Of a stretch of 64,000 bases of DNA, positions 22,685 to 31,862 are shown piece after piece. A program made the translations under genes and the position numbers. How positions within the stretch are numbered: position 1 is the first letter of the stretch; the number at the start of each line of letters is the position of its first letter. Origin of the DNA: an uncultured delta proteobacterium (lineage in GTDB: Bacteria; Desulfobacterota; Binatia; Binatales; Binataceae). The DNA is taken from positions 96,001 to 160,000 of the forward strand of contig CAWCDG010000005.1 in NCBI GenBank assembly GCA_963794325.1, read 5' to 3'. Under the pieces are notes generated by a model. That model was not told where the DNA came from. It worked only from the letters and a program-made list of their open reading frames with translations, and did no database searches.

Positions 22685-24760
22685 TCATGCTCTCGCAACC
22701 GCGCGCGCCAGCAGTATCAACATCACGGCGGCCAGAATTCCGTACAGGTATCCATTGATCGAACCGGTCTGCAGCCGGCGGAGCCTGCCGCCGACGTTAT
22801 AGGTCACGTTCGAGGCGAAGTTCACCAGCCAATCGACTACGTAATGGTCGAATAGTCCGGACAGCCACGACACAAATACTATTACGCGCGCCGCGAGATT
22901 CACGAATCCGTCGATGATGTTAGTATCGAACCACGCCAGCGCGCGCGTCGCCATCAGGTACGGCTGTACTATTGCTCGATCGTAAAATTCATCGACGTAG
23001 TATTTGTTGAATACCCATTCGTAAGGCACTCCGCCGAGCATCTGACTAAAGCGCGCGGGATCCAACCGATCCCGACGGTACATCAAATCGGCAATGTACC
23101 ATCCGGCGATAACCACTATAACGGTGATAACTGCGAATCCCGCTTCCATGCTGTGGCTATGTATTCCAGCTTCGGTGACTTGGCGAGTCGCCTCTGAACT
23201 GAAGATCGGATCCAGGAATTCCTCGAACGGCTTGAACGAGACCATGAACTCCGGCCACTTCAGCCATCCGCCGATGAGCGAAAGGGAGCCAAGTACGATG
23301 AGCACGTACGACATCGACGGCGGCGATTCGTGCAGATGATGTTCCTGCTCGTGCGTGCCGCGGAACTCGCCGAAGAAAGTCATATACACCTGGCGCGACA
23401 TGTAGAAGACGGTGAACCCCGCGCCGAGCAGCAGGAACGCCCACACGACGAAATGTCCGTGCGAGAACGCCTGCCAAATGATCTCGTCTTTCGAAAAGAA
23501 CCCGGCGAACGGGAAAATGCCGCAGAGCGCGAAGGTCGCCGCCACGAAGGTCCAGAAGGTGATCGGCATCTTGTGCCGCAGACCGCCCATCTTGCGCATG
23601 TCCTGCTCGCCGCCCATCGCGTGAATCACCGAGCCGCTGCCGAGAAACAGGCATGCCTTGAAGAACGCATGCGTCATCAGATGGAACACGCCGGCCGCGT
23701 ATGCGCCGACGCCCAACGCCGCGAACATGTATCCGAGCTGGCTCACGGTCGAGTACGCGAGCACTTTCTTGATGTCGTTTTGCGCGATGCCGATGGTCGC
23801 TGCGAAGAGCGCAGTCGCTCCACCGACCAGCGCAATCACGCCCATCGTGAACGGCGACATCGAGAATAAAAAGTTGAGGCGCGCCACCATGTACACGCCG
23901 GCCGTGACCATCGTCGCCGCATGGATCAGCGCGCTGACGGGAGTCGGGCCGGCCATCGCGTCCGGCAGCCAGACGAACAAGGGAATCTGCGCAGATTTTC
24001 CCGTCGCACCGATGAACATCAACAGCGTGACGAATCCGACCAGAGTGTGCCCCGAGAGAAATCCCGCGAAACCTATCGGCACGCCGGCGAGCAGCGGCGC
24101 GTACTTCGCGACCTCGCGCGTCACCAAGGTCGGATGCCCGAGCGCTTGCAGGCCGGCGAACAAACTGTACAGCGCGATCACGAACGCAAGGTCGCCGACG
24201 CGATTCACGATGAACGCCTTGTTGCCCGCCGTTGAGTTCGCCTGCACCTTGTACCAGAAGCCGATCAGCGCGAACGAGCACAGCCCCACGCCTTCCCATC
24301 CGACGAACATCAGCCACATGTTGTCGCCCAGCACCAGCACCAGCATCGCGAAGGTGAACAGATTGAGCCATCCGAAAAATCGCCAGTAGCCGTCGTCGTC
24401 GTGCATGTAACCGGTCGAGTAGATGTGGATGAGCCCGCCGACGCCGGTGATGATCAGCGTCATGATCATCGACAGCGGGTCGAGCCAGAACGCGATGTCG
24501 AGATTCAGGCCGCCGACGTCGAACCACTTCCAGAGGTCGTCGAGCATGAAACGATTTTCCGGCGGCAGCCCGATCATTCCGAAAAACGCGCGCACTGCAA
24601 GAATGAATGCGAAGATCACAACGCCGCATCCGACGAAGCTGATCGCGCGCTTGCCGAAGGTCTTCTGCAGCCAGGCGCCGGCAAGAAAATTGATCGTCGC
24701 GCCGATCAGCGGCAGCAGAATGATCAGTCGAATGAAAGTAACCGGAATCGGATGATCCAT
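22685..24760 (-). CDS. nuoL: NADH-quinone oxidoreductase subunit L
   Basis: GKSAQIPL..WLPDAMAGPTPVSALIHAATM, HAFFKA, C-terminal transverse helix. Confidence 0.96.
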   Translation of the reverse strand: MDHPIPVTFIRLIILLPLIGATINFLAGAWLQKTFGKRAISFVGCGVVIFAFILAVRAFFGMIGLPPENRFMLDDLWKWFDVGGLNLDIAFWLDPLSMIMTLIITGVGGLIHIYSTGYMHDDDGYWRFFGWLNLFTFAMLVLVLGDNMWLMFVGWEGVGLCSFALIGFWYKVQANSTAGNKAFIVNRVGDLAFVIALYSLFAGLQALGHPTLVTREVAKYAPLLAGVPIGFAGFLSGHTLVGFVTLLMFIGATGKSAQIPLFVWLPDAMAGPTPVSALIHAATMVTAGVYMVARLNFLFSMSPFTMGVIALVGGATALFAATIGIAQNDIKKVLAYSTVSQLGYMFAALGVGAYAAGVFHLMTHAFFKACLFLGSGSVIHAMGGEQDMRKMGGLRHKMPITFWTFVAATFALCGIFPFAGFFSKDEIIWQAFSHGHFVVWAFLLLGAGFTVFYMSRQVYMTFFGEFRGTHEQEHHLHESPPSMSYVLIVLGSLSLIGGWLKWPEFMVSFKPFEEFLDPIFSSEATRQVTEAGIHSHSMEAGFAVITVIVVIAGWYIADLMYRRDRLDPARFSQMLGGVPYEWVFNKYYVDEFYDRAIVQPYLMATRALAWFDTNIIDGFVNLAARVIVFVSWLSGLFDHYVVDWLVNFASNVTYNVGGRLRRLQTGSINGYLYGILAAVMLILLARAVARA

Positions 24761-24767
24761 CTCTCAG

Positions 24768-25082
24768 CTATCCACGCAGCGATTCGGTCGCATCGACGTC
24801 GATCGTCTTGAAGTTCTGATAAATCGCCAGCACCACCGCCAATCCGATGACCGCCTCCGCGGCCGCCAGCATGATTACGAAGATCGCAAAAATCTGCCCA
24901 TCGTATTTCCCGCCGCCGTAAAATGCGAACGCAAGATAGTTGATATTGGCGGAATTGAGTATCAGCTCGACGCCCATCAGGATTCCGATCGCGTTGCGGC
25001 GGGTCAGAACCGTGAACAGCCCGAGCGAAAACACGATCAGGCTAAGCACCAGGAAATGGTTAAGCGTTATTCCCCCGCCCAT
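24768..25082 (-). CDS. nuoK: NADH-quinone oxidoreductase subunit K
   Basis: RRN, ELILNS, AAAEAVIGLA. Confidence 0.95.
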   Translation of the reverse strand: MGGGITLNHFLVLSLIVFSLGLFTVLTRRNAIGILMGVELILNSANINYLAFAFYGGGKYDGQIFAIFVIMLAAAEAVIGLAVVLAIYQNFKTIDVDATESLRG

Positions 25083-25104
25083 CTCTTACGATTCTCCCCC
25101 TCCC

Positions 25105-25602
25105 CTATTCCCGCGCTTCGTGGCGCGAAATCACTATCGCGCCGATGAGAGCCGCCAACAGCACCAACGACGCGACCTCGAACGGCAGCACGTAATCGCC
25201 GAGGAACGCGTTTCCGATCGCGTAGGTGGTCGGCGCGGCGGTGACTGCTGCCGCTTGATGCCATTGCGTGCGCTCGATCGCGTACAACATCACCATCCCG
25301 GCGATACCTACTGTGAAGATTCCTGCGCCTCTTCCGACCGCGCGATTCGATACTGTCACGTCGCCGATTCCCGCCGTCAGCATTACCGCGAAGATAGTCA
25401 GTACCAATATCCCGCCGACGTAAACGAGCAACTGGACCATCGCGACGAAGTCCGCGGCGAGCAGAATGTAAATACCTACTACGCCCATGAACGCGCCGAG
25501 CAGCGCGAATGTCGAATAAACTATGTTGCGCGAGAACGCTACTAACATCGCCGACCCGACCGTCATCGCGGCTAGCGCATAGAATATTACCTGTGCAAGC
25601 AT
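25105..25602 (-). CDS. nuoJ: NADH-quinone oxidoreductase subunit J
   Basis: QLLVYVGG, PFEVAS.VLL.A.IGAI. Confidence 0.93.
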   Translation of the reverse strand: MLAQVIFYALAAMTVGSAMLVAFSRNIVYSTFALLGAFMGVVGIYILLAADFVAMVQLLVYVGGILVLTIFAVMLTAGIGDVTVSNRAVGRGAGIFTVGIAGMVMLYAIERTQWHQAAAVTAAPTTYAIGNAFLGDYVLPFEVASLVLLAALIGAIVISRHEARE

Positions 25603-25641
25603 CGATTCGATCTTCCCCGGGTTGTTGCCAAGCCGCGCGGG

Positions 25642-26208
25642 TTACGCCGGCTCTTCTTCGGCCGGCTTCTCGCCACCGGGTTGCGCCCACTGATCGAGGT
25701 ACGTCATGCCGCGATTAAGAATCGGGGCGATTTGAGGATCGGTCTCCGGCCCCTTTTTGGGCTTGTACGCCATCACCGGATCCTTGACGAAGCGGCGAAT
25801 CAGACTCTCGAGCGAGTAATCGGCGCCCTCGAACTCGGTTGTGTGATGGATCGAGCCGGTTGGGCATGGCTCGCTGCAGAGCCCGCAATACATGCACTTT
25901 GCGATGTCGATGTCGAACTGCGACAGCAGCATCTGGCGCGTCTGCGGGTCTTTATCGACAACAATCACGATGCAATCGATCGGGCACGCGCGCTCGCACG
26001 CCAGGCATCCGGTGCAGATTTCGAGATCGACCTCGAGGATTCCGCGATAACGGAACGGCAGGGTGTCCTGCACGCGCACCGGCATCCGATCCGGATACTG
26101 CACCGTGTACGGCTTGCGCATGAAATGCGAGGCCGTCACCGCCATGCCCTCGAAGATGCTGGTGACTGCGTCTTTTATATTAGTTACGTATTCCGAAACC
26201 GCGCTCAT
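25642..26208 (-). CDS. nuoI: NADH-quinone oxidoreductase subunit I
   Basis: TVQYP; two 4Fe-4S motifs CTGCLAC...CP and CMYCGLC...CP. Confidence 0.94.
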   Translation of the reverse strand: MSAVSEYVTNIKDAVTSIFEGMAVTASHFMRKPYTVQYPDRMPVRVQDTLPFRYRGILEVDLEICTGCLACERACPIDCIVIVVDKDPQTRQMLLSQFDIDIAKCMYCGLCSEPCPTGSIHHTTEFEGADYSLESLIRRFVKDPVMAYKPKKGPETDPQIAPILNRGMTYLDQWAQPGGEKPAEEEPA

Positions 26209-26217
26209 CAATAGCCT

Positions 26218-27408
26218 CTATATAGTCGGATTGAAGTATACTTCCATCCGCGAACGCCGGAGATAGTATATGACCCGCTGAGTGAATACTGCGGCCAGCG
26301 CTATCGCAGCCGCCAACATGATATAGCCCATTAGTGAGTTGCCGTCGGGCCAAATAGCTACCCACACCGCGGTTCCGATCATATTCACAAACGAAATCGG
26401 GACGAAGTATTTCCAGCAAAGTGTCATTAGCTGATCGATACGCACTCGCGGCAGCGTCGCCCGTATCCACATCGAGACGAAGACCAGGAATAGTACTTTG
26501 ACGTTGAAGGTGAGCGCCTCAAGGATGTTCATCATGACGACATTGTTGGTCACGTGCGGGAACTGCCAACCGCCGAGGAACAGCGTCGCGATTATCGCGC
26601 CGATGATGAACAGGTTTCCCCATTCCGCCATGAAGAAGAACAGGTAGCGCATGCCGCTGTACTCGGTGGCGAAACCGGCCACCAGTTCGGACTCCGCTTC
26701 GGGCAAATCGAACGGCGTGCGGTTGCCCTCGGCGAGCGCGGAAATATAAAGGATGTTGGCGGCGACGAATGTGAACGGATTCGCGAACAGGAACCAGTGC
26801 TGCGGAGCCCATCCCTGCGCGCGAATGATTCCCTGCATCGAGAGCGTGCCGGTCATCAGGACGACCGGGAAGATCGAAAGCCCCGCGGGAATTTCGTAAC
26901 TGACTATTTGCGCCGCCGACCGTATTCCGCCGATCAGCGACCACTTGTCATTCGACGCCCATCCCGCCATCAGGACGCCGACCACGGTAAGCGCGGTCAC
27001 CGACGTCATATAGAGGATGCCGACGTTCAGGTCGGCGAGGATCAGCGACGACGAGAACGGCATCACCGCCCACGGCAGGGTGAACGCCAGCATCACGAGG
27101 TACGGCGCCATCTTGAACAGGGGAGCGTCGGATTCGTCGGGAATAATGTCTTCCTTGCAGACGTGTTTGACGCCGTCGGCCAGCCATTGCAGGAAGCCTT
27201 GCGGACCGACGCGATTCGGGCCCACCCGCGACTGGATTCGCGCCCACACTCGACGCTCGGCCCAGCTGACGATTCCCGCGAAGGGAAACGCGACGCCGAG
27301 GAAGACCACGGCGCTCATTATGAATACGACGATTGCGGCGACGAGGCTCGGCGAGGCGTTCTTACCGAACGCGCCCGACGCGATCAGATTGTGTACCAGT
27401 GTCTCCAT
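26218..27408 (-). CDS. nuoH: NADH-quinone oxidoreductase subunit H
   Basis: ERR...[28 protein letters not shown]. Confidence 0.96.
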   Translation of the reverse strand: METLVHNLIASGAFGKNASPSLVAAIVVFIMSAVVFLGVAFPFAGIVSWAERRVWARIQSRVGPNRVGPQGFLQWLADGVKHVCKEDIIPDESDAPLFKMAPYLVMLAFTLPWAVMPFSSSLILADLNVGILYMTSVTALTVVGVLMAGWASNDKWSLIGGIRSAAQIVSYEIPAGLSIFPVVLMTGTLSMQGIIRAQGWAPQHWFLFANPFTFVAANILYISALAEGNRTPFDLPEAESELVAGFATEYSGMRYLFFFMAEWGNLFIIGAIIATLFLGGWQFPHVTNNVVMMNILEALTFNVKVLFLVFVSMWIRATLPRVRIDQLMTLCWKYFVPISFVNMIGTAVWVAIWPDGNSLMGYIMLAAAIALAAVFTQRVIYYLRRSRMEVYFNPTI

Positions 27409-27414
27409 CGAGGA

Positions 27415-28533
27415 TTAGCGATCGATCTCCGGCGCGATTACATCGAGGCTTGCGATAAGCGTCACGAGGTCCGCGATCATCAGTCCCGCGCTCAGCTTCT
27501 GGATGATTCCCATCGCGGCAAACGATCCGGTGCGGACGTGCACGCGCCACGGATAGCCGGTCCCGTCGCTCACGACGTACCATCCCATGTCGCCGCGTCC
27601 GCTCTCGAGCCGAATCTGGCACTCGCCGGCCGGCGGTTTGAAATTGCGCGCGACTTTCGCCAGCACCGGGCCGCCGGGAATCTTGTGCAGCGCCTGGCGC
27701 AGGATCTTCGACGACTCCGCCATCTCGCGAATCCGCACCACATAGCGATCCATCGAGTCGCCGAGCTTGCCCCAATGGCCGTCGCCAATCGGCACGTCGA
27801 ACTCGAACTCGGGATAGACCGAATACGGAATGTCCTTGCGGATGTCCCACTTGACTCCGCACGCGCGCAGATTCGGCCCGACCAGGTTGTAATTGACAGC
27901 CTCGGCGGGCGTGATCACGCCGACGTTGGCGAGCCGCTCGATATAAATTTTGTTCCAGGAGATGAGCGCGTTGTATTCCTCGAGGATCGGATCGAAATGA
28001 TCGAGGTACGCGAGCGCCTTCTCGCGCCATCCGGGCGGGAGGTCCCACGCCACGCCGCCGATTCGCATGTAGTTGAAGGTGAGCCGCGCGCCGCACAGCT
28101 CCTCGATCAGGTCGTTGATCATCTCGCGCTCGCGGATCGCATGAGTGAACGGTGTCACCGCTCCGATATCCATCGCCATCGCGCCGACTGACAGCAGATG
28201 CGACGCGATTCGGTTGAACTCCGCGGCGATCACGCGGCAGTACTCGCCGCGATGCGGCACTTCGATGTGCGCGAGCTTCTCGCAGGCCATTCCCCAACCC
28301 TGGTTGGTGAACATCGCGCATACGTAATCGACGCGGTCGGTGTACGGCATGAAGCCGTGGTAGCCGACCTTCTCCGCGATCTTTTCGATCGAGCGATGCA
28401 GGTAGCCGACGTCGGGAATCGCTTCGCGCATCACCTCGCCGTCGGCGCGCACCACGAAGCGCAGGACACCGTGCGTCGATGGATGCTGCGGGCCCATGTT
28501 GAGCGTCATTTCTTCGGTATGCAGCGTGCTCAT
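27415..28533 (-). CDS. nuoD: NADH-quinone oxidoreductase subunit D
   Basis: [29 protein letters not shown]-terminus. Confidence 0.96.
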   Translation of the reverse strand: MSTLHTEEMTLNMGPQHPSTHGVLRFVVRADGEVMREAIPDVGYLHRSIEKIAEKVGYHGFMPYTDRVDYVCAMFTNQGWGMACEKLAHIEVPHRGEYCRVIAAEFNRIASHLLSVGAMAMDIGAVTPFTHAIREREMINDLIEELCGARLTFNYMRIGGVAWDLPPGWREKALAYLDHFDPILEEYNALISWNKIYIERLANVGVITPAEAVNYNLVGPNLRACGVKWDIRKDIPYSVYPEFEFDVPIGDGHWGKLGDSMDRYVVRIREMAESSKILRQALHKIPGGPVLAKVARNFKPPAGECQIRLESGRGDMGWYVVSDGTGYPWRVHVRTGSFAAMGIIQKLSAGLMIADLVTLIASLDVIAPEIDR

Positions 28534-29039
28534 TTCTTTTTGGTGTCGAGCCTGATTATCGGGCTCTCCCTGACGGTTGAGATTCCGTGGTATTCGGCCG
28601 GCTCGACGAAATCCTTGCGCTGTGGATGACCGATCCAGTCCTCCGGCATCAGGATTCGCCGCATGTCGCTATGCCCTTCGAAGTTGACGCCGATCAGATC
28701 GAAAATTTCGCGCTCCATCCAGTTGGCTGACTTCCACACGCCCTCGAGCGTCGCGACGCTGGGGTTGTCACGCGGCAGCTTCACTTTCAACACGGCGCCA
28801 TGGCGCTTCGAGTACGAGAACAGGTGATAGACCACCTCGATGCGGTCCTTGTAATCGACGCCGGTCTCGTTGGACAGACAGTCCATCGCGAGCTCGGGAT
28901 CGTCGTTCATGAATTTCCCGACCTCGACGATCGATTGCGGGTCGATCACCGCGAATGGATCCGGCTGTTTCTCGGAAATTTCCAGCACGCGGTCTGCGAA
29001 CTTGTTCTTGACCCGTTCGAGTATTTGAAGCGACTCCAT
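28530..29039 (-). CDS. nuoC: NADH-quinone oxidoreductase subunit C
   Basis: [23 protein letters not shown]. Confidence 0.95.
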   Translation of the reverse strand: MESLQILERVKNKFADRVLEISEKQPDPFAVIDPQSIVEVGKFMNDDPELAMDCLSNETGVDYKDRIEVVYHLFSYSKRHGAVLKVKLPRDNPSVATLEGVWKSANWMEREIFDLIGVNFEGHSDMRRILMPEDWIGHPQRKDFVEPAEYHGISTVRESPIIRLDTKKK

Positions 29040-29043
29040 CTAC

Positions 29044-29562
29044 TCAGGCAGCCGCGACCTGCTTGCCATTGCCGTTGCCATTAGGCGAGCGCACCAGCCA
29101 TCGCTCGGTCATCATCTTCTCCTGCAGCTTGAGCAGGCCTTCGGTGAGCGCCTCGGGACGCGGTGGGCATCCGGGGACGTACACGTCAACCGGCAGGATC
29201 TTGTCGACGCCGTCGCAGACCGAGTACGCAAGCTGGAACAGTCCGCCGCAGCTCGCGCACGAACCCATCGAGATGACGTACTTCGGATCGGGCATCTGAT
29301 CGTAGAGCAACCGCGTGCGCAGCGCCATTTTCAAGGTCAGCGTGCCCGCGACGATCATCAGATCAGACTGGCGCGCAGAGGCACGCGGCGTCGCGCCGAA
29401 ACGATCGATATCGGCGCGTGGGCCGCCGGTATGCATCAGCTCGATGGCGCAGCAAGCCAGGCCGAACAGCATGTACCAGATGCTCGATTTGCGCATCCAG
29501 TTCAGCAGCTCGTCGGTCTTGGTGGTCAGGACGTAATCAGGAAGCGTGTTCAACAGGGGCAT
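29044..29562 (-). CDS. nuoB: NADH-quinone oxidoreductase subunit B
   Basis: [27 protein letters not shown]; ATG 29562. Confidence 0.95.
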   Translation of the reverse strand: MPLLNTLPDYVLTTKTDELLNWMRKSSIWYMLFGLACCAIELMHTGGPRADIDRFGATPRASARQSDLMIVAGTLTLKMALRTRLLYDQMPDPKYVISMGSCASCGGLFQLAYSVCDGVDKILPVDVYVPGCPPRPEALTEGLLKLQEKMMTERWLVRSPNGNGNGKQVAAA

Positions 29563-29573
29563 AAAAACAAACC

Positions 29574-29966
29574 TCAGTTCTCGACCGGTACTTTTTTGAT
29601 CCATTCGAGGTCGTGCTTGACCCAAACGTAAACCAAGCCGACGAACAGAATCAGTAAAAAAATCAAAATTTCGCTGAGCGCGTACAGGCGGCGTCCCGAG
29701 CGCACCCATTCAAGGTAAACGGCGGCGATCGGATAAACGAAGGCGACCTCGACTTCGAACACCACGAAAATCAGCGCGATCAGGTAGAAGCGGACATTGA
29801 AATTGATCCATGCGCGGCCGGTCGGCGGCTCGCCGCATTCGTAGGGAATCAGCTTGCGATCGTACGGATTTTGCGGGGCGAGCAGCTTCTGCAGCCCGAA
29901 CATCAGGGCCACGAAGCCGATCCCGATGATCGTGAGGGCCAGCGGCACGCCAAAATTAAGATACAT
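29574..29966 (-). CDS. nuoA: NADH-quinone oxidoreductase subunit A
   Basis: [22 protein letters not shown]. Confidence 0.95.
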   Translation of the reverse strand: MYLNFGVPLALTIIGIGFVALMFGLQKLLAPQNPYDRKLIPYECGEPPTGRAWINFNVRFYLIALIFVVFEVEVAFVYPIAAVYLEWVRSGRRLYALSEILIFLLILFVGLVYVWVKHDLEWIKKVPVEN

Positions 29967-30076
29967 GTGATGTTACCGAGTCTTGATTAGTTGGACTGAA
30001 CAAGGCTGTCAAGAAGTATCGCTTCACCGGTGATTGTTTTCGCTTAAGTGCTACTTAATTCAAATCGGCAGCGCCG

Positions 30077-30607
30077 CTAACCGTTGGCGCTCGGACCTGC
30101 GGCGGCATCCAGACGTTTACGGATTTCGCGCAGCATGTCCTGGTCAATCCACGCTCCATGATGCTTCGGACACTCCATCTCTGCCAGTCCCACTTCGCCC
30201 GGGGCGGTCTCCGCTCTTGCGCTCAGTCTCGATCCGCAATCGGGACAGTCGATCTCCTTGGGATGCTTGTGACGCATTTCCTCGACGATCTCTTCGAGGC
30301 TGACGAAGATCCTTTCGCCCAGCGAATCGTGCCGAATCGCCGCCGCGTTCGCCAGGCGCATGCGTAACTGATCGGCCGCCTCCCGATCAACCCACGCGCC
30401 GTGATGCGTCGGACAGGCCATTCCGCCGACGCCGATCGCGACCCGGGCGTCGAGCGTCTGACCGCATTGCGGGCAGTTGATCGCCTTGGCGTACTTCCGG
30501 CGCAGCCTTTCGATTATTTCCTCATCGCGCTGTCGCGCCCATTGGTCCTCGCGAGCTTTCTCAGCGTGATGGAGCTTGTCGCCGAGACGATCCTTTTCGT
30601 CGCTCAT
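30077..30607 (-). CDS. IF1-like N-terminal helix + two zf-TFIIB-like zinc ribbons
   Basis: KAREDQWARQRDEE; CPQC..CPTHHGAW and CPDC..CPKHHGAW; GGAG/AGAGG RBS. Confidence 0.8.
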   Translation of the reverse strand: MSDEKDRLGDKLHHAEKAREDQWARQRDEEIIERLRRKYAKAINCPQCGQTLDARVAIGVGGMACPTHHGAWVDREAADQLRMRLANAAAIRHDSLGERIFVSLEEIVEEMRHKHPKEIDCPDCGSRLSARAETAPGEVGLAEMECPKHHGAWIDQDMLREIRKRLDAAAGPSANG

Positions 30608-30646
30608 GACTATCCTCTCCGGTGGAGATCTACCGGCGTTGATTGG

Positions 30647-30940
30647 TCATCGTACCGTCCGATCGGCCGGCGCGCCGTCGGTTAATTTGTGATCCTTCAT
30701 CACAGCCTTTAATTCCGGCGCGTCGAGCCACGCGCCATGGCCGTCCGGGCAAGCGTGCAGGTGTATGCCGTTTTCGGTCTTCGCTACGAGGAACTGCTTG
30801 CAGTGCGGACACGCGTGATTGTGCAGACGCTCGCGCATTTTCTTTAGCAACTCTTCGTCGCGCTGCCGCGCCCATTGATCTTCGCGCGCCTTTTCGACGT
30901 CGTGGAGCTTGCCGCCCAGCCGGTCCTTTTCATCCCCCAT
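30647..30940 (-). CDS. IF1-like N-terminal helix + one zf-TFIIB-like zinc ribbon (paralog of 30077-30607)
   Basis: KAREDQWARQRDEELLKKMRE; CPHC..CPDGHGAWLD..EL. Confidence 0.8.
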   Translation of the reverse strand: MGDEKDRLGGKLHDVEKAREDQWARQRDEELLKKMRERLHNHACPHCKQFLVAKTENGIHLHACPDGHGAWLDAPELKAVMKDHKLTDGAPADRTVR

Positions 30941-30950
30941 AAAATCCGCC

Positions 30951-31289
30951 TCAGGTCATCTCCTTGATCAGCTTGCCACTGCGAGCCTTCTCGACCGTCG
31001 CTTCGAATTTCGATCCGAGATCGACGCCCATCTCCTTGGCGCGCTTCTTCGCCCACATTCCGACGTTGCGCGAGTCGCGATAGAAAGAATCATCACGCGG
31101 CTTCGACGCGTCGAAACTCGCGAGCCGCGACGCCTCGCTCTCGACCACCGCGAACGACGACATCACGCGCCGCATCCGCGCCGACTTGCACTGCGGGCAT
31201 CCAGGACGCTCGCGGCGCCGCGATGAACCCATCACGACGTGAGAGCTGACAAGCCCGCATCGCGCGCATTCGTACTCAAAAATCGGCAT
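30951..31289 (-). CDS. FmdB-family zinc-ribbon protein
   Basis: MPIFEYEC..CG...CPQC.S..MRRVMS.F. Confidence 0.88.
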   Translation of the reverse strand: MPIFEYECARCGLVSSHVVMGSSRRRERPGCPQCKSARMRRVMSSFAVVESEASRLASFDASKPRDDSFYRDSRNVGMWAKKRAKEMGVDLGSKFEATVEKARSGKLIKEMT

Positions 31290-31372
31290 CGGATCAAAGA
31301 ATATCCTGCCGGGGCAAAGCCCGCAATTCGGCACGGCGCGAGCCGCGCGAGCAGAGGAGGGGGGAATCGAAT

Positions 31373-31622
31373 GCGGGGGCTGCGCGCCCCCGCCCCCGCG
31401 GCAGGGGTGACCCCTGCACCCAGTATTAAGAAAGAACGGATGCGGGCTGACGCCCTGTTAGGAAGTTTGGGCGCGAGGACGCGAAGCAGGCTCGTGTCCG
31501 CAATCGCGGATAAACCTGGACGCTTCTTCTCTATAGTTCTAACAGGGGCGAAGCCCCGCATCTTGAATGGATACTGGGTGCAGGGGTCACCCCTGCCGCG
31601 GGTGCGGGGCGCGCAGCCCCGC
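31373..31622. repeat. Family 3 long inverted-repeat element (MITE/REPIN-like)
   Basis: Arms ~31373-31462 and ~31539-31622 are imperfect reverse complements (core ggcaggggtgacccctgcacccagtat; inner gatgcggg..cgccctgttag). Confidence 0.85.
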
Positions 31623-31625
31623 GTC

Positions 31626-31856
31626 TTACTTCCGCCAGCTTTCGCGGATGTCGAGCGCGGGCTTTGCCAAGGGGTTGCCGACCAGGAACAGGAGGCCGAC
31701 TGCGCCCACCGCGATGCCGCATCCGAGCCACCAGATTGAGCGGTATTCGATGCCGACCGCGAGCATCGCGAGCGCCCAGAGTGGGATGATTAGCGAGACG
31801 ACGAAGCGCATCAGCGCGCTAATCGCGTGTTCGGCCTGTTCAGCGGGATCAGCCAT
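31626..31856 (-). CDS. Small two-TM membrane protein
   Basis: 76 aa, two hydrophobic segments, starts 6 nt after the GT stop. Confidence 0.7.
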   Translation of the reverse strand: MADPAEQAEHAISALMRFVVSLIIPLWALAMLAVGIEYRSIWWLGCGIAVGAVGLLFLVGNPLAKPALDIRESWRK

Positions 31857-31862
31857 CGTTTT

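Noticed and set aside
27415-29562. Group 4 NiFe hydrogenase interpretation of nuoBCD
   Set aside because: The large subunit lacks both CxxC Ni-binding motifs and retains the quinone-site His/Tyr residues.
31232-31739. ORFs across the inverted-repeat element
   Set aside because: Translations of the repeat itself (APAAGVTPAPSI appears from both arms); no RBS or family features.
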